Below are positions 17,333 to 31,214 of a stretch of 64,000 bases of DNA, piece after piece. The translations under genes were made by a program, and so were the position numbers. Origin of the DNA: Octopus sinensis (Eukaryota); the NCBI RefSeq assembly GCF_006345805.1, contig NC_043010.1, forward strand, positions 19,344,001 to 19,408,000, in the 5' to 3' direction. Every line of letters starts with the position of its first letter. Positions within the stretch are counted from its first letter, which is position 1. The notes beneath the pieces are model-generated. The model did no database searches and was not told the origin of the DNA. It saw nothing but the letters and a program-made list of their open reading frames with translations.

Positions 17333-17679
17333 TAGATATAGATATAGATATGTATAATCTGTCACACATGTATTTTGTTTATACACCAAAAATTGCTGCG
17401 GATAGCGTCCTGGGAAAGCTCCCTACATAACGCCGAGTGTTAAAGAACACCAGAATGTCACAGACCAAGTGAGACAATTTTCCTCGGAATCATCAAAAAT
17501 GGTAGATATGGACATTTTGCCATTATTGTGGCTTATTAAAACCATGTATTTTGATCATCATGAGATGACAGGAATCGCTGGTCAATGATTTACACGCAAA
17601 TAGGGTGAAGTCTATTTGCTGCGGCATGGCACAAGTGAAACAAAATTGAATCACGATTTAAAAACCGAAGTAGAGCACA

Positions 17680-18690
17680 CGCATACACACATACATACAT
17701 ACAGTCAAATACATACATGCACATACATAAACATACATACATGCATGTATCCACATACAAACATACATATATACATACATACACATATATACATACACAA
17801 ACACATACGTACACACACATACATGCATATACATACATAGATGCACTTACAGAAACGCACACATACATATACGTACATACACGCACATACATACATACAT
17901 ACATACATACATACATACATACATAAATACACACATACATACATGCACACACACACACGTACATACATACATACATACACATTCATGCATACATGCACAC
18001 ATACATGCACCACACACACGTACATACATACATACATACATACATACACATACATGCATACATACATACATTCACATACATACACACACATACATACACA
18101 CATATACATACATACACACACACATACATACAAATACGCACATTCACGTACATACACACATATACATACATACATACATGCATGCATGCATCATGCATAC
18201 ATACATACATACATACATACGTAGACACATATACATACATACACATACATACATACATACATACATACATACATGCATACATACATACATTCACATACAT
18301 ACACACACATACATACACACATATACATACATACACACACACATACATACAAATACGCACATTCACGTACATACACATACATACATACATACATACATAC
18401 ATACATGCATACATACATACATTCACGTACATACATACATACACACACATACATACATACACACATATACATACATACACATACATACATACACACACAC
18501 ATACATACACATATTCACGTACATACACACATATACATACATACATACATGCATGCATGCATGCATGCATGCATGCATGCATACATACATACATACATAC
18601 ATACATACATACATACATACATACATACATACGTAGACACATATACATACATACACATACATACATACATACATGCATACATACATACAT
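17680..18690. repeat. Degenerate (CATA)n tract with internal higher-order duplications
   Basis: Variant words such as caaatacgcacattcacgtac recur about 220 bp apart. Confidence 0.8.
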
Positions 18691-19218
18691 ACTTTTAAGT
18701 ACGTACGTACACTCTCACATGGAGCATCTTGTTTAATCAAAACATTCATTCGCTGCGAACAATAATTGTTGGTGCAATAATTAAAGTGAAATAAATGAAG
18801 CAATGACTTACAAATCTACCTGTATAAAGAGATTTATTATTTTAGGATAAACAGTCGGCCACATTTGAATGTTTCTACGATCGCTCGCCCTTTCAGCCAG
18901 GGTGAGTTTATATATACAGCCGAGAAAGGTTGTGAAAATACGTGAAAAGGACTTTTAAGTCCCAACAGACATTGAGTTAGAATTTTTTTTTAAGAAGTAA
19001 ATTTGTGACACCTGGACATACATGAACACCACAAAGGACATCGCAATTTACCCTAATCGAAGCATTTATTGACTGAAAGTGCTCTACAACTCAGAACGTA
19101 TTAATTGAGGCTATGACCAAAGTCTGTGTGACATAGACGAACGAAAAGAACGAATCCAGTGTATAACAATATAAAAGAATGGTCTGTATATTTACAGCTC
19201 GCGCGCACGTGTGTGTGT

Positions 19219-19262
<44 letters not shown>

Positions 19263-20384
19263 GTGTAGGTACGTGTAGGTACGTGCGTACTTGGATATAT
19301 ATAGGTAAATTAATAGATAAGTTTCGGAGATATTAAAATTTATAAGCGGGTTTATATCGAGACAGAAATGTAAATTAAACATTAAACACTCATAAAAAAA
19401 TCGCCCCCACTACAAACCCTCACTCCTTACACAGGACATACAAGTCATACAACCATGGTGGCACTCTAGACAAACACACACATACACATACGCACGCACG
19501 CACATACACACACACACACACACACACCATAAATACACATCGATATCCTCACTGAAATATGCAATATCATCCACAACAATCCCCCACAACAACAAGAATA
19601 ACAAGTACATATAACGTGGTAATAACGATATCGAGTTTAAAAAAAGAATCTGAATTCCAACACAAGCAAATATTGAAGAAAAATTCATAAAATTTCATAA
19701 AATTCATAAAATTTTACTGCCGGAAGTAAATGAACGTTGGTGATAAGAAGGGAGAGGGAAAAAAACGGATGAGATGAATATGGTTGTTAAAGGTGGTAAA
19801 ACAAACAAAACTAAAATGGCGGTGGCTGCGCTAAAGTTGATGGGAAGGATTGACGTGCATTTGTTGTCGTTGTTGTTGGTAATGGTGGTGGTGGTGGCGG
19901 TGGTGGTGGTTTCGGTGATGGCGTCGGCGTCGGCGGCAGTGATTGTTGTGTGTAGGCGATGATGATACAGCTATGGTGGTTATTATGGGGATGACGGACT
20001 GGATGGTAGGCATTTGTGTTGATTACAATGATGGCGGTGTAGAAGATGGGGATTTGCTGAGGGTAGAGGCTGATGGTGGATGGTGGATGGTGACGGTGCC
20101 ATATTAGAGACACAATAAAAGATAGTTAACTGCAAAAACACTTTGTCGTTGACAACAAAGAATAGGTTGAAAAGCTTGGATGAAAAGATATTTCCAACAA
20201 ATGACCATATTATGTATATATGGTGCTGAGCGTGCGTGCGTGTACGTGTGTGTGTGTGTGTGTGGTGTGAAACGAGAGAGGGAGGGCATTTATGCAGGCA
20301 TACAAACACTCACACACATATGTACATGTACATATATATATATATATTTATTTATATATATATATAATATATATATATATATAT

Positions 20385-20426
<42 letters not shown>

Positions 20427-20859
20427 TATTATATATATGACTATATATATGTGTGTGTGTGTGTATAATATATATATATATATGTATATATATATATGTA
20501 CAAATATATATATAGATACATGCATATATGTTTATATATGTATATGTATATATATATATACACATACATACATACATACATACATACATACATACATACA
20601 TACATACATACATACATACATACATACATGCATACATATATATGTATGTATTGTAAATGTAAGGTCAGGATTTAGTGGAGTATATACACGCATTAATTTA
20701 CCTATGTATGCGCATATACACATAAAATATATAAACATTGGTAATACGGTTCATGTAACATATATACGTATGGAGATGTATAGACATATATGCAGATACA
20801 CGCACACATATAAGTCCATATATATATATTTATATATATGACTATATATATGTGTGTGT

Positions 20860-20897
<38 letters not shown>

Positions 20898-21374
20898 CGT
20901 GCGTGGGTGCGCGCTCCTTTGTCAGAAAGTATATAGACTTTTTAAGACTTCATTTCAAATACTCTTCATTCATGTACAAACCACTTCCGTAAACTTGAAC
21001 ACTCAGACATAAGCACGCGCATACGAGCATACGTGACAGGTACACACTCACAAATCCAATGTACATACACACACATATATACATACGTACACACATACAT
21101 AAATCCATACATACATACATGCACAAACGCTAACACAGTGCACATATAAACATACCGGTGCAGAAACTAGCACAGATTAAACACAAAAGGCATACGCTTA
21201 AGCATATACACAGGAATATACACCTCCATATACACACCTGATATTCCAGCAATGCCTTTTATTATTATTTTAACATTTTTATGATTTCCGAAAATATACA
21301 TGTGTGTCTATGATTATATATATATATATATATATATTATATATTATATATATATAATATATATATATATATGT

Positions 21375-21412
<38 letters not shown>

Positions 21413-21747
21413 CTGTACACACATATATATCCACACACGCTTATACATGTGTGTCTGTGAGCTTAAATATACACGTGTATGTGTGTGTGTATATATATAT
21501 ATGGATATGTACATATATATGTATATATATACATACATATATATATATATATATGTATATATATATTATATATATATATGTTTTATATATATATGTATAT
21601 ATGCATATTTATATATATGTATATGTTTTATATATATACATATATATGTGTGTGTGTGTGTGTGTATAATATATATATATATACATATCTTTGTATTTGT
21701 GTATATATGTATATATGTGTGTATGTGTATGTGTGCGCGCGTGTATG

Positions 21748-21793
<46 letters not shown>

Positions 21794-22725
21794 TATATAT
21801 ATATGTATATGTATGTATGTATGTATAATGAATGATGTGTGTTAAAAAGAAACTTTACTAAATTTTCAATAATAGAGAGTCTCTTCTCGATTGTTCTCGA
21901 AGCTTCTCTAAAGAATTGAGATGTCAATAATGCAAGGTTTGCAAGAGGTTTATACTATCGCGTTATGACAACCAGACAAATTGGCAATGGCCGACTTGTT
22001 AGTGAAGTAGCAATCACGTGACTAACGGCGTCCGTCCATCGGAAAACATTGACTCTCTGCCTTCTGTTTTGTTTTGTTAAGGACTGTTACAGTCGTTGTA
22101 AAATATTTTTCATTAAACGTAAAGATTTGCTGTTTTGTGTGCGGAAGTATGTTAAATGTGAATGTGTAAGTCACTCTGAATAGGTGTGCGTTGAAGCTTG
22201 TGCTTCGATGTAGTTTACCTGACAGGCCTAGTTTAACCTCCCCAACTTGTTCTGTAATGAGGTTTATCGGATTTCAGGCTGCTGGAAGTATTCGTGTTCG
22301 GCCCTCGGTTCTATCATTTCACGCCTCCGCCTTTCGTTAAATTTACTTGCGGCAACATCCTCCTCTTGGAAGAGTGACCTGCAAACGTTTGTGAGCATTA
22401 AAACTTCCCCTCTATAAATTAGCAGGAACTATGGAAACGCTTCGTTTTTTAACTATTCCTATTCTTATTTTTCGGAACGGTGGATCTCGAAGCAGTTAAA
22501 GCTATAAAGAATAGCGTGTAAATATTGGGTTTGAGAACCTTTTGGATAGAAAAAGTCGTAGGCGGCCCGTGGGGCACGAACGTACACCTGTAGACATGAC
22601 AGGCAAACCTCATAACTTTGTTTCACTATACTGAAGAGTTGGATTATGTTTTCGATTTCCTTCCATTGTCAAATATGTTGAAAGTTTGAATACACAAATA
22701 CCGTGACAAACAAAGCAATATGACG

Positions 22726-22798
<73 letters not shown>

Positions 22799-22802
<4 letters not shown>

Positions 22803-24071
22803 GTTGTCAAGTACGAAATTTGTAGAAAAGACAAAAGTTTGCTAATGTTTTATAAATACAAGGAACAGTTTTATTCATCAAAGTATGCACCCACATTGTC
22901 AATACACCTTCGCCACTTCAGCGGTAGCTTGTCCAGCCCGGAACAATAAAAGTTTGGCAATTTAGAGTCAATAAAATCTGGGAAGGCTTGTTTTACAGCA
23001 TCGTCGGAATTAAATTTTTTTCCTATCAAAAAGTTATCCAAATTCTGGAAGAAGTGGTAGGCAGTGGGGGCAAGATCAGATGAGTATGGTGGATGATAGA
23101 GAGCTTCTAACTCCAACGCCTGTAGTTTCGCCAATGTCATTTTTGCGATGTGTGGTCTGGTGTTGTCTTGCAATAAAATAGGAGTGGATCTGTTGATGAA
23201 TCTAGGCTGGTTTTTCTTTTGTAAGTTTCTGCATCATTTGGTCCAGTTGGTTACAGTATCCTTCGGCCGTGATTGATGAGCCAGGTTTAATGAAATCATA
23301 ATGGATTACACCTGCGCCAGACCACCAAACACACACCATCAGCTTCTTTTGATGAATTTTGCTTTTTGGACTGTGTTTTGCTGTCTTGTCTTTGTCCAAC
23401 TCTTGTAATGAACGTTTACGGTTGTTTTAATGGGTCCTTTTCTCATCACATGTTACAATTCGATTCAAAAATGATTAATTTTTGTGACGAGAAAGTAGCA
23501 TAATGCAGGCTTCCAAACGTTGCTGTTTCTGATTTTCATTGAGTTCGTGTGGAACCCACTTATCAAACTTTTTCACTTTACCGATTTGAACTAGGTGAGT
23601 CAATATTATTTGCTTGTTAACACCAAACAGCAACGATAATTCACGGGCACTTTGAGATGGCTTTCAGTTCATCATTAACCACCTTTGTTTTTTGGTCGGC
23701 TGCGTTGCTCATTTGTGAGGTCAAATTTACCAGAACGAAATTTTGCAAACCAAATTGATACTGTTTGCTGTATAATAACATTAGAATTAGATACTCCATT
23801 AATATTCCGAGCTGTCTGTGATGCTGTATTTCCAAGAAAGAACTCATATTTCAAAACTGTACGAATTACCGACTTATCCCACTCCAAACAAAAATAGCAA
23901 AAAACGATTTATAAATACTTTATTAAGTGCATAATGAGTTACAATAAAGAAATGGATGTGTCAGCTTTCTAACAAAAAATAAAGATTGTCGAAATATAAT
24001 AATGGCGCAAAATGAGCAGCTGTCAAAGTTTACCACATACCCTACTACAACTTTCATAATTGATGACCTAA
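22799..24071 (-). mobile_element. Full-length (1273 bp) decayed mariner transposon, cecropia/Hsmar1-like
   Basis: TA TSDs; TIRs ttaggttgtcaagtacgaaatttgtag vs ttaggtcatcaattatgaaagttgtag; transposase 23887-22871 frameshifted with IVTCDEK, MVCVWW, QDNTRPH, YSSDLAPTAYHFF (third catalytic D lost). Confidence 0.92.
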
Positions 24072-24769
24072 TACACACACGCGCGCGCACACACACCTAT
24101 ATATTCATGCATGTATGTATGTATGTATGTATGTATGTATATCTTCATTTAGTGAAATTTAAACATTAAAATAACAGGACAAATAACCAGTATTCAAAAG
24201 CCCAAGTGTATTCCCGTTTTTGTTATTGTATCATTTGTTATGAATCCAGGGTTTGAGTGTTTCACGGAGTTCAAATAGAAAATAAAATCAAACAAAATAT
24301 GAAAGGTTTTTAAGAGACATTTAGTGAACACCACCAATGTACGTTTCATTAACACAATGTAATTGATTATTAGTCTCATAACGTAAATTAAATAATTAAG
24401 ACTTATTGTCAAATCGTCAGAGAACTGTAACTTTTATGAGTAAGATTACTGGTTTGTAGAAATATTCACAGATTCAAGCACGAGAGTTGATTCTGTCAAC
24501 ATTTCTACAACAATGTTACGTATAAAAGTTACATGTCATTGACGATTTAACAATTAACCCTGATTATGTAATTTGCTTTATGTAACTAACTTGTTTTAAT
24601 GAAATGTGCTTAAGATGGTATAACCAAATATCTTGTAAATAACCTTTCATATTTTGTTTTATTACACATATTAACAGAAGCTCTCTTGGTCAATCAGTCA
24701 GTTACTGCCATTTTATTTCATAAGAAAATGGATTCCGTGGGTGTAATGTTTGTATCGTGTTACAAAATT

Positions 24770-25403
24770 GTCGTAGACATTAAAGCGCCCTCACAATGTT
24801 GCAGGCTTGCTACGGGACCTAAATGCAATATACAAGTTGGAAGAACAAAACCGAGCAGTTTAATGCTGGAAAATTTCTGGTACTGCGCTAACAGTGCATC
24901 AAATGAACTCCTAGGAGAGGCTGAAAAGCTACGACTTTATTCTCTGGAGAGGAGAAATGAAAGATTTGTAAGAATTTGCATATGGAAAATTCTGGAAGGG
25001 TTAGGACCTAATTTTGGCATCAAAGTTATACAAATGCTCGTACTAGATGCCGTTGTGTAATACCTAAAGTGAGGACCAGGAGCTACACAGCTATTCAATG
25101 TTTTGCTAAAGAAATAAAGAAACCTACATAATGTGGATGTGGACGTCTTCAAAAAGGAACTGGACATTCTCCTATCCGCAATGGTAGAAGAACAACATCC
25201 TGACATCAAATACAGACGAGGGCAGTAGTGTCAAAGTCCATCACACACCAAAGCAGCCAACGATCAGGAAAAAGAGACATGCAAGATTGCCAATATGAAA
25301 TCCCACAAGAACCAACCACCTAAAATCGCTGTGGAAAGGGGACAAGATTTACGGTGCTGCCCCGGCATTACCGCAGCCGCTGCGTGGCTGAAATGCATAA
25401 AAG
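24770..25403 (+). mobile_element. CR1-like LINE 3' fragment
   Basis: DLNAIY...FNAGKF, LRLYSLERRNER..IWKILEG, QLFNVL...DVFKKELD; 3' hairpin tail 25353-25403. Confidence 0.8.
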
Positions 25404-25614
25404 ATATTATATTCATATGTGTGTATGTGTGTGTGTATATATACATACACACGTATACACACACGCAAAGATATATGTATAAACACACATACGCATGCAC
25501 ACACACATATATACATACGTATACACACGTAAAAATATATATATATACACATATGCACACATGCGCATGCATACACACACATATATATATACACACGTAT
25601 ACACAGACGCAAAG

Positions 25615-25647
<33 letters not shown>

Positions 25648-26482
25648 CGCATGCACACACACACACATATATGTATACATACGTATACACACACGTAAAG
25701 ATATATATATATATATACACACACATATGCACACATTCGCATGCACACACACACACACACATACACACATAATGGGTCTGTTTATGACTAAATTTTGCAT
25801 ATTAACATTAACGCAAAGTTCCGCTATTACGTGGCAAGTCAGGTAATGTGCAAAATGGTTGTTGTTTGATTTTTGTCGGTTTTTCTTTTCAGTCCACTTT
25901 TATATTGGAAGACATAATCTATTAATAAAATTACCATTATGATTCTGTAATTCTGTTTCAAAGTTGTAAACGTTGATTATCGTTGATTGGTGAAGTGGCG
26001 ACGGCGGGTGGCTGTGACGTCTACACCTGTTTTGTGTTTAAACGGTTTTCGCGGTGAATAAGGTGGGTATTTATTAAATATAACGATATATTATTATGGG
26101 AAAACTTTGTTGAAGGTTAAAAAAAAAATTATCTTTTTTGGCTGTAATTCTATTAGTATTTAATCGAAATTATATGGGAGAATATGTAGGAAAATTATAT
26201 TCAAAGGAAGCTGGTTCTCTCTTTCTTTCTCTCTCTCTCTCTCTCGTTCTGTCGTTATATGAAAGTCGTTTTATTTCATAAGAAAATGGATTCCGTGGGT
26301 GAAATGTTTGAATCGTGTTTAAACAAACAGCAGTGAGAGTATCTGGAAAATAACATGATTTGTTTTTGCCATGCTTTTAAATATGAAAAGTTTTTCTATA
26401 ATGCATGGATTACAAAATGAGTTTGATTGTGTATAACGGATGGTTGATGTCTAAAGAACTCCTTTTAATAAAGAGAGTGAAG

Positions 26483-26519
<37 letters not shown>

Positions 26520-26775
26520 GTGTGTGTGTGTGTGCAGGTCTGGGCTTTTGTTTATTTTTCCTTATTTAGATACCAAATGTGGGTCGTGAAACTCGTTTCG
26601 ATCCCCTCCCCCGCTTAAAGCTTTATAAGTATAATTACGAGGGGTGGATTTGCTGTTAATTACGATGTTGCTGTGATTAATGTTGAATTTTTTGCTGTGA
26701 CCGAGTATGTGTGTACGTACGTATGTAAGTGCGCGCGTGCATACGTATGTATGTATGTATGTATGTATGTAGGGG

Positions 26776-26840
<65 letters not shown>

Positions 26841-26867
26841 CGTGCGTGTGCGTGTTCCCATATCTCT

Positions 26868-27250
26868 AGATATGCTCCGTATTCTTTTAGGATGAGTTCG
26901 ACTGTTTTCACGTCGGTTACATCCAACGTCATCTGCATTCTCCAACATGTCCCTACTGGGTCCAAGTTAGAAAAGATGTCCTTTAAGTATCCTAACTTCC
27001 GCATCAGTGGGTCAAGAGCCAACGCATACAAGGGAGGCGAGAGGGGACTGGTTGTAATGCCTGGGTGGAAAAGACGATTCAGCACTCTGAACTTAAAAGG
27101 ACCTGTCGCAAAGGAACAATTGGAACTGTAATCAACAGTGAACATTGGATATATGCGATCGTGTTCTATTGTCAAAAGCATGATACGTGAACCATAAGAA
27201 GTCACATGAAAATAGTAATGCCCAGATAGGTAATGATCTTGGACACCAAC
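26868..27250 (-). mobile_element. Tx1/L1-clade RT fragment
   Basis: SPLSPPLYALALDPLMRKL and degenerate YADD motif (ENADDV) in the adjacent frame. Confidence 0.75.
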
Positions 27251-27540
27251 CACCTCTTATGGCTTGTGTCATATGTCAAAAAACTTGTAAGGTAATATCT
27301 GGACTTAAAAGACACATGCTAGTTCATAAAAACATTCCTTGAGAATCAGATTCCAAAAGAGCAAAGATATAGAAGAAACTTGAATAATATCTGTCACTTA
27401 TGTTTTAAACACTGTCAGTCAACGGCTTGTCTAAAAGTCATCTAAGGGCTCATCAATGGAGTGGTTGTGTTGGGTGATGGAGTGTGGTGTGCATGATGTT
27501 GGTGGGATGGCCATCATCTCTCAAGATGGAACAATCATCA
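27250..27540 (+). mobile_element. Probable LINE (RTE-like) 3' end encoding two C2H2 zinc fingers
   Basis: CVICQKTCKVISGLKRHMLVH (C-x2-C-x12-H-x3-H); second finger CHLCFKHCQSTA..KSHLRAH broken by a frameshift; gatggccatc hairpin, then (TATG)n. Confidence 0.55.
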
Positions 27541-27569
27541 TGTATGTATGTATATACATACATACATAC

Positions 27570-27625
<56 letters not shown>

Positions 27626-27630
<5 letters not shown>

Positions 27631-28285
27631 TAATAGAGGTCGCAAAAGTGACGGAGGGTACTGACTAGCACCGGTTTTGCTAAAGATAAGAGTTAATCTA
27701 ACTCAAAACCACAAATGCACTGTCTTAAGTGACTGATAAAGGGAAGTAAGTCCCCAGCGTACATAGCCGGATCGCGATTTTGGATTTTGACGTAAACCAT
27801 ATTAATCCTCATCCGCGGCTCTTAACGCCTAGGGTTAAACTCAACTACCTCTGTCAGTCTTATAAGAAAAACCGCTGAAAACGTGTGCTGATTTCCAGAA
27901 TGGTAAAAGTGTAAACAAATTTAAAAGGGTGGCTTGTTAACAATCAGATCATAATGGCAAAATTAACAGAGGTCTCAGAAGTGATAGAAGGTATTCACTA
28001 GCACTGTTATTGCTAAAGATAAGAGTTAAACTCAAAGCCATAGGCGTTAGGAGCCGTTGATGAGGATTAAGATGGTCTACACCAAAATCCGAAATCGCGA
28101 TCCGGCTATACACGCCGGGGACTTACCTCTCTTTGTCAGCCACTTAAGACAGTGAGTTTGTGGCTTTGAGTTAGTTTAACTCTTATCTTTAGCAAGTGCG
28201 GTGCTAGTCAGTGTGTTTTGTCAATTTTGTGGCCTCTGTTAATTTTGCCTCTAGGTTCGAATTGCTAATAAGCCACCTTTTTTAA
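27626..28285. repeat. Complex foldback repeat
   Basis: 206-bp inverted arms 27626-27831 / 28041-28246 plus a partial direct copy 27921-28040. Confidence 0.8.
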
Positions 28286-28322
28286 GTTGATATATATATA
28301 TATATATATATATAAGTGGTGT

Positions 28323-28363
<41 letters not shown>

Positions 28364-28392
28364 TGTGTGTATGTGTGTGTGTGTGTGTGTGT

Positions 28393-28692
28393 GGAGGCGC
28401 AATGGCCCAGTTGTTAGGGCAGCGAATTCGCGGTTGTAGGATCACGGTTTCGATTCCCAGACCGGGCGTTGTGAGTGTTTATTGAGCGAAAACACCTAAA
28501 ACTCCACGTGGCTTCGGCAGGGTGTAGTGGCGATCCCTGCTGTACTCTTTCACCACAACTTTCTCCCACTCTTTCTTCTGTTGGCCTGCTCGCTTATCCA
28601 GCGGGGTGGCGTCACTTGAAGGCGAAAACAATGCAAAGCGCATTGTGACCAGCGATGTGTAGCAACATCTGATAGCCTGGTCGGTCACGGTG
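28393..28692 (+). mobile_element. tRNA-derived SINE, family C
   Basis: ggaggcgcaatggcccagttgttagggcagc...gtttcgattccc head. Confidence 0.85.
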
Positions 28693-29155
28693 ATATATAT
28701 ATATATATATAAACATATAGAAAAGAGTGGTCTAGTTCCCTATAGATACAAGGCGACCACTTTCACTCCCCTCCCCTTCATTTCATTTACCGGTTTCTTT
28801 TTTCTCTTCCTTTTTCTCCTTCGTTTCTTCTTCAGTTTTTCCTTTTTTTTCTCTCTGTTCTCTTTTCTTTTCGGTCCTCTTTCCGTAGCTTTATCATTTT
28901 TCTTTTCGTTTACTTTGACACATTCTGCGCGAACTCAAGGTCGTTCCCTTCTGCGCATGCCCCAAGGTTGTTAACTTTTTTTCAATTTTACAATTTGTTC
29001 ACAATTCTTTTCCATCGGTCAATCGTCCGGTTGAGTTAAATAGAACTATGGACGCACCTAAAATGCATTTCTGAAACAGCAACAGATCCATGATATACAA
29101 ACAAGTAAATGTGTAAAGGCCGTTATTTATGCTTTTCCTTATATATTCATTGTAG

Positions 29156-29290
29156 GGTACTGCGAGTGAAGCTACTTTTGTTGCACTTTTGGCCGCCCGT
29201 ACTGAAGCTATCCGACGTTATAAACTTCTTCATGGTTCTATGGAAGATTCCGATATAAACGGTCGCCTTGTTGCCTACTGCTCTGACCAG
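29156..29290 (+). CDS. HDC: Histidine decarboxylase, first coding exon visible in window (135 nt, GTASEATFVALLAARTEAIRRYKLLHGSMEDSDINGRLVAYCSDQ)
   Basis: tgtag| acceptor and |gtaaga donor; phase 0-0; aligns by eye to the SE(S/A)TLxALLAAR...LVAY.SDQ segment of HDC/DDC. Confidence 0.95.
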
Positions 29291-29647
29291 GTAAGAGTCC
29301 CGGGGTATTCCAACGTTTTCTCTTAAATTATTATCTGTTACTTAAGTGTATGTATGTGTGTGAATGTGAGTGAGTATGCGTGTGTGTGTGTGTGTGTGTG
29401 TATTTGTGTGTGTGTGTGTGTGTGTGTGTATGCGTGTGTCTGTGTGTGTCTATGTGTATGCGCGCGCGTTTGTGTACATGTGAATGTATGTGAGTGATAT
29501 GAGTGTGAGAGTGTGTATGCTTGAATGTGTGTGTGAGGTGATGTACACATGCGAACACAATTACACACGTGTGTTTATGTGTGTATACATACACATATGC
29601 ATATGTATGTATGTATGCATGTATGTATGTATGTACGTACGTATGTA

Positions 29648-29935
29648 TGGCCTAGTGGTTAGGGTATTGCACTCATGATTGCGAGACTATGGTTTCAATT
29701 CCCGGATTGGGTGGTGCATTGTATTCTAGAGCAAAAGAGTTCATCTCATGCTGCTTTGCAATCGCTTCGACACTTGACCTATGCTTCGCCGTGCAATGTC
29801 CATTTGATGGAAGCAGTGAGTTCTAACATACAGCACGAACATTTGATCATTGTGAACAAATCATCCATAAAGCTTGTTCAGCAAAAAATTGCAGAATCGT
29901 TTTCTTCGGACTCGAGAGAGCACGATCAGTAATAC
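29648..29935 (+). mobile_element. Diverged tRNA-derived SINE
   Basis: tggcctagtggttagggtattgcactcatg...ggtttcaattccc A/B-box head. Confidence 0.6.
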
Positions 29936-30032
29936 CATTTTCAATGAGCTCTATTTTGTCTCAAAGAAACTTAAGAACTTCCGTGTCTTCGGTGCTAGGC
30001 TTCATCTGTCGCCGTTTTACGCTTGTATATAC

Positions 30033-30268
30033 TCTCTACTCTTCTGTTTTACTCTTTTACTTGTTTCAGTCATTTGACTGTGGCCATGCTGGAGCACCGC
30101 CTTTAGTCGAGCAGATCGACTCCAGGATTTATTCTTTGTAAGCCTAGTACTTATTCTATCGGTCTCTTTTGCCGAACCGCTAAGTTACGGGGACGTAAAC
30201 ACACTAGCATCGGTTGTCAAGCGATGTGGGGGACAAACACAGACACACAAACATATACACACACATAC

Positions 30269-30318
<50 letters not shown>

Positions 30319-30522
30319 TATTATATATTATATATATATACATATATATATATATATACGATGGGCTTCTTTCTGTTTCCGTCTACCAAATCCACTCAGA
30401 AGGTTCTTTGGTCAGCCCGAGGCTATAGTAAAAGACACTTGCTCAAGGTGCCACGCAGTGGGACTGAACCCGGAACCATGTGGTTGGTAAACAAGCTACT
30501 TACCACACAGCCACTCCTACGC
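30033..30522 (-). mobile_element. SINE family A, full copy
   Basis: Matches 9173-9580; 15-bp direct repeat tacgcttgtatatac at 30018-30032 and 30518-30532 (TSD, overlapping the head). Confidence 0.9.
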
Positions 30523-30614
30523 TTGTATATACATTATAAATGTTATACACATCATTGTTATTTTAAACTAATGCTGTTTCAAGTCCGTATATTGAAATAT
30601 GCAATCATACATGT

Positions 30615-30652
<38 letters not shown>

Positions 30653-30794
30653 TGTGTGTGCTTGTGTGTGTGTGTGTGGATATATAATCTGTATGGTATT
30701 TATTATTTAATTTAATTGTTAAATACTAAACCCTGATGCCATGTTTGCTTCAGCAGATATGATGCCATCTCCCCATTAACTCCATTCATTTCAG

Positions 30795-30938
30795 GCGCAT
30801 TCATCTGTAGAGAAAGCAACTTTGATTGGTTTGGTGAAACTAAGACTTCTTCCTACTGATGATCACCTAAGTTTGAGAGGAAATACACTGGAAATGGCAG
30901 TGAAAAAAGATAAAGAAGCCGGTCTGATCCCATTTTTT
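30795..30938 (+). CDS. HDC: HDC exon (144 nt, [48 protein letters not shown])
   Basis: ttcag|...|gtaagt; phase 0-0; AHSSVEKA motif with the PLP-stacking His. Confidence 0.96.
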
Positions 30939-31214
30939 GTAAGTAATCTGCCATTTTGTTTTCTATATGCCATGACAGAATTTATGGAGCTACTTGTCTC
31001 GTGTCTTGGTTTGAATTGTCCTGGACTGGTCAAATCAAGACAGGTTTGTTTCGTATGAATTGGTTAAATTCGCATTTAGAGTCATGTAAAGTGACGTATG
31101 TTGTCTTATACATATCTATACACTTATACACACCGTTAGACAGATGTACATCTATAGACATATATACACGTCCGTAGAAATATACGCATATATAAACATG
31201 TGCACATTTTAGAC

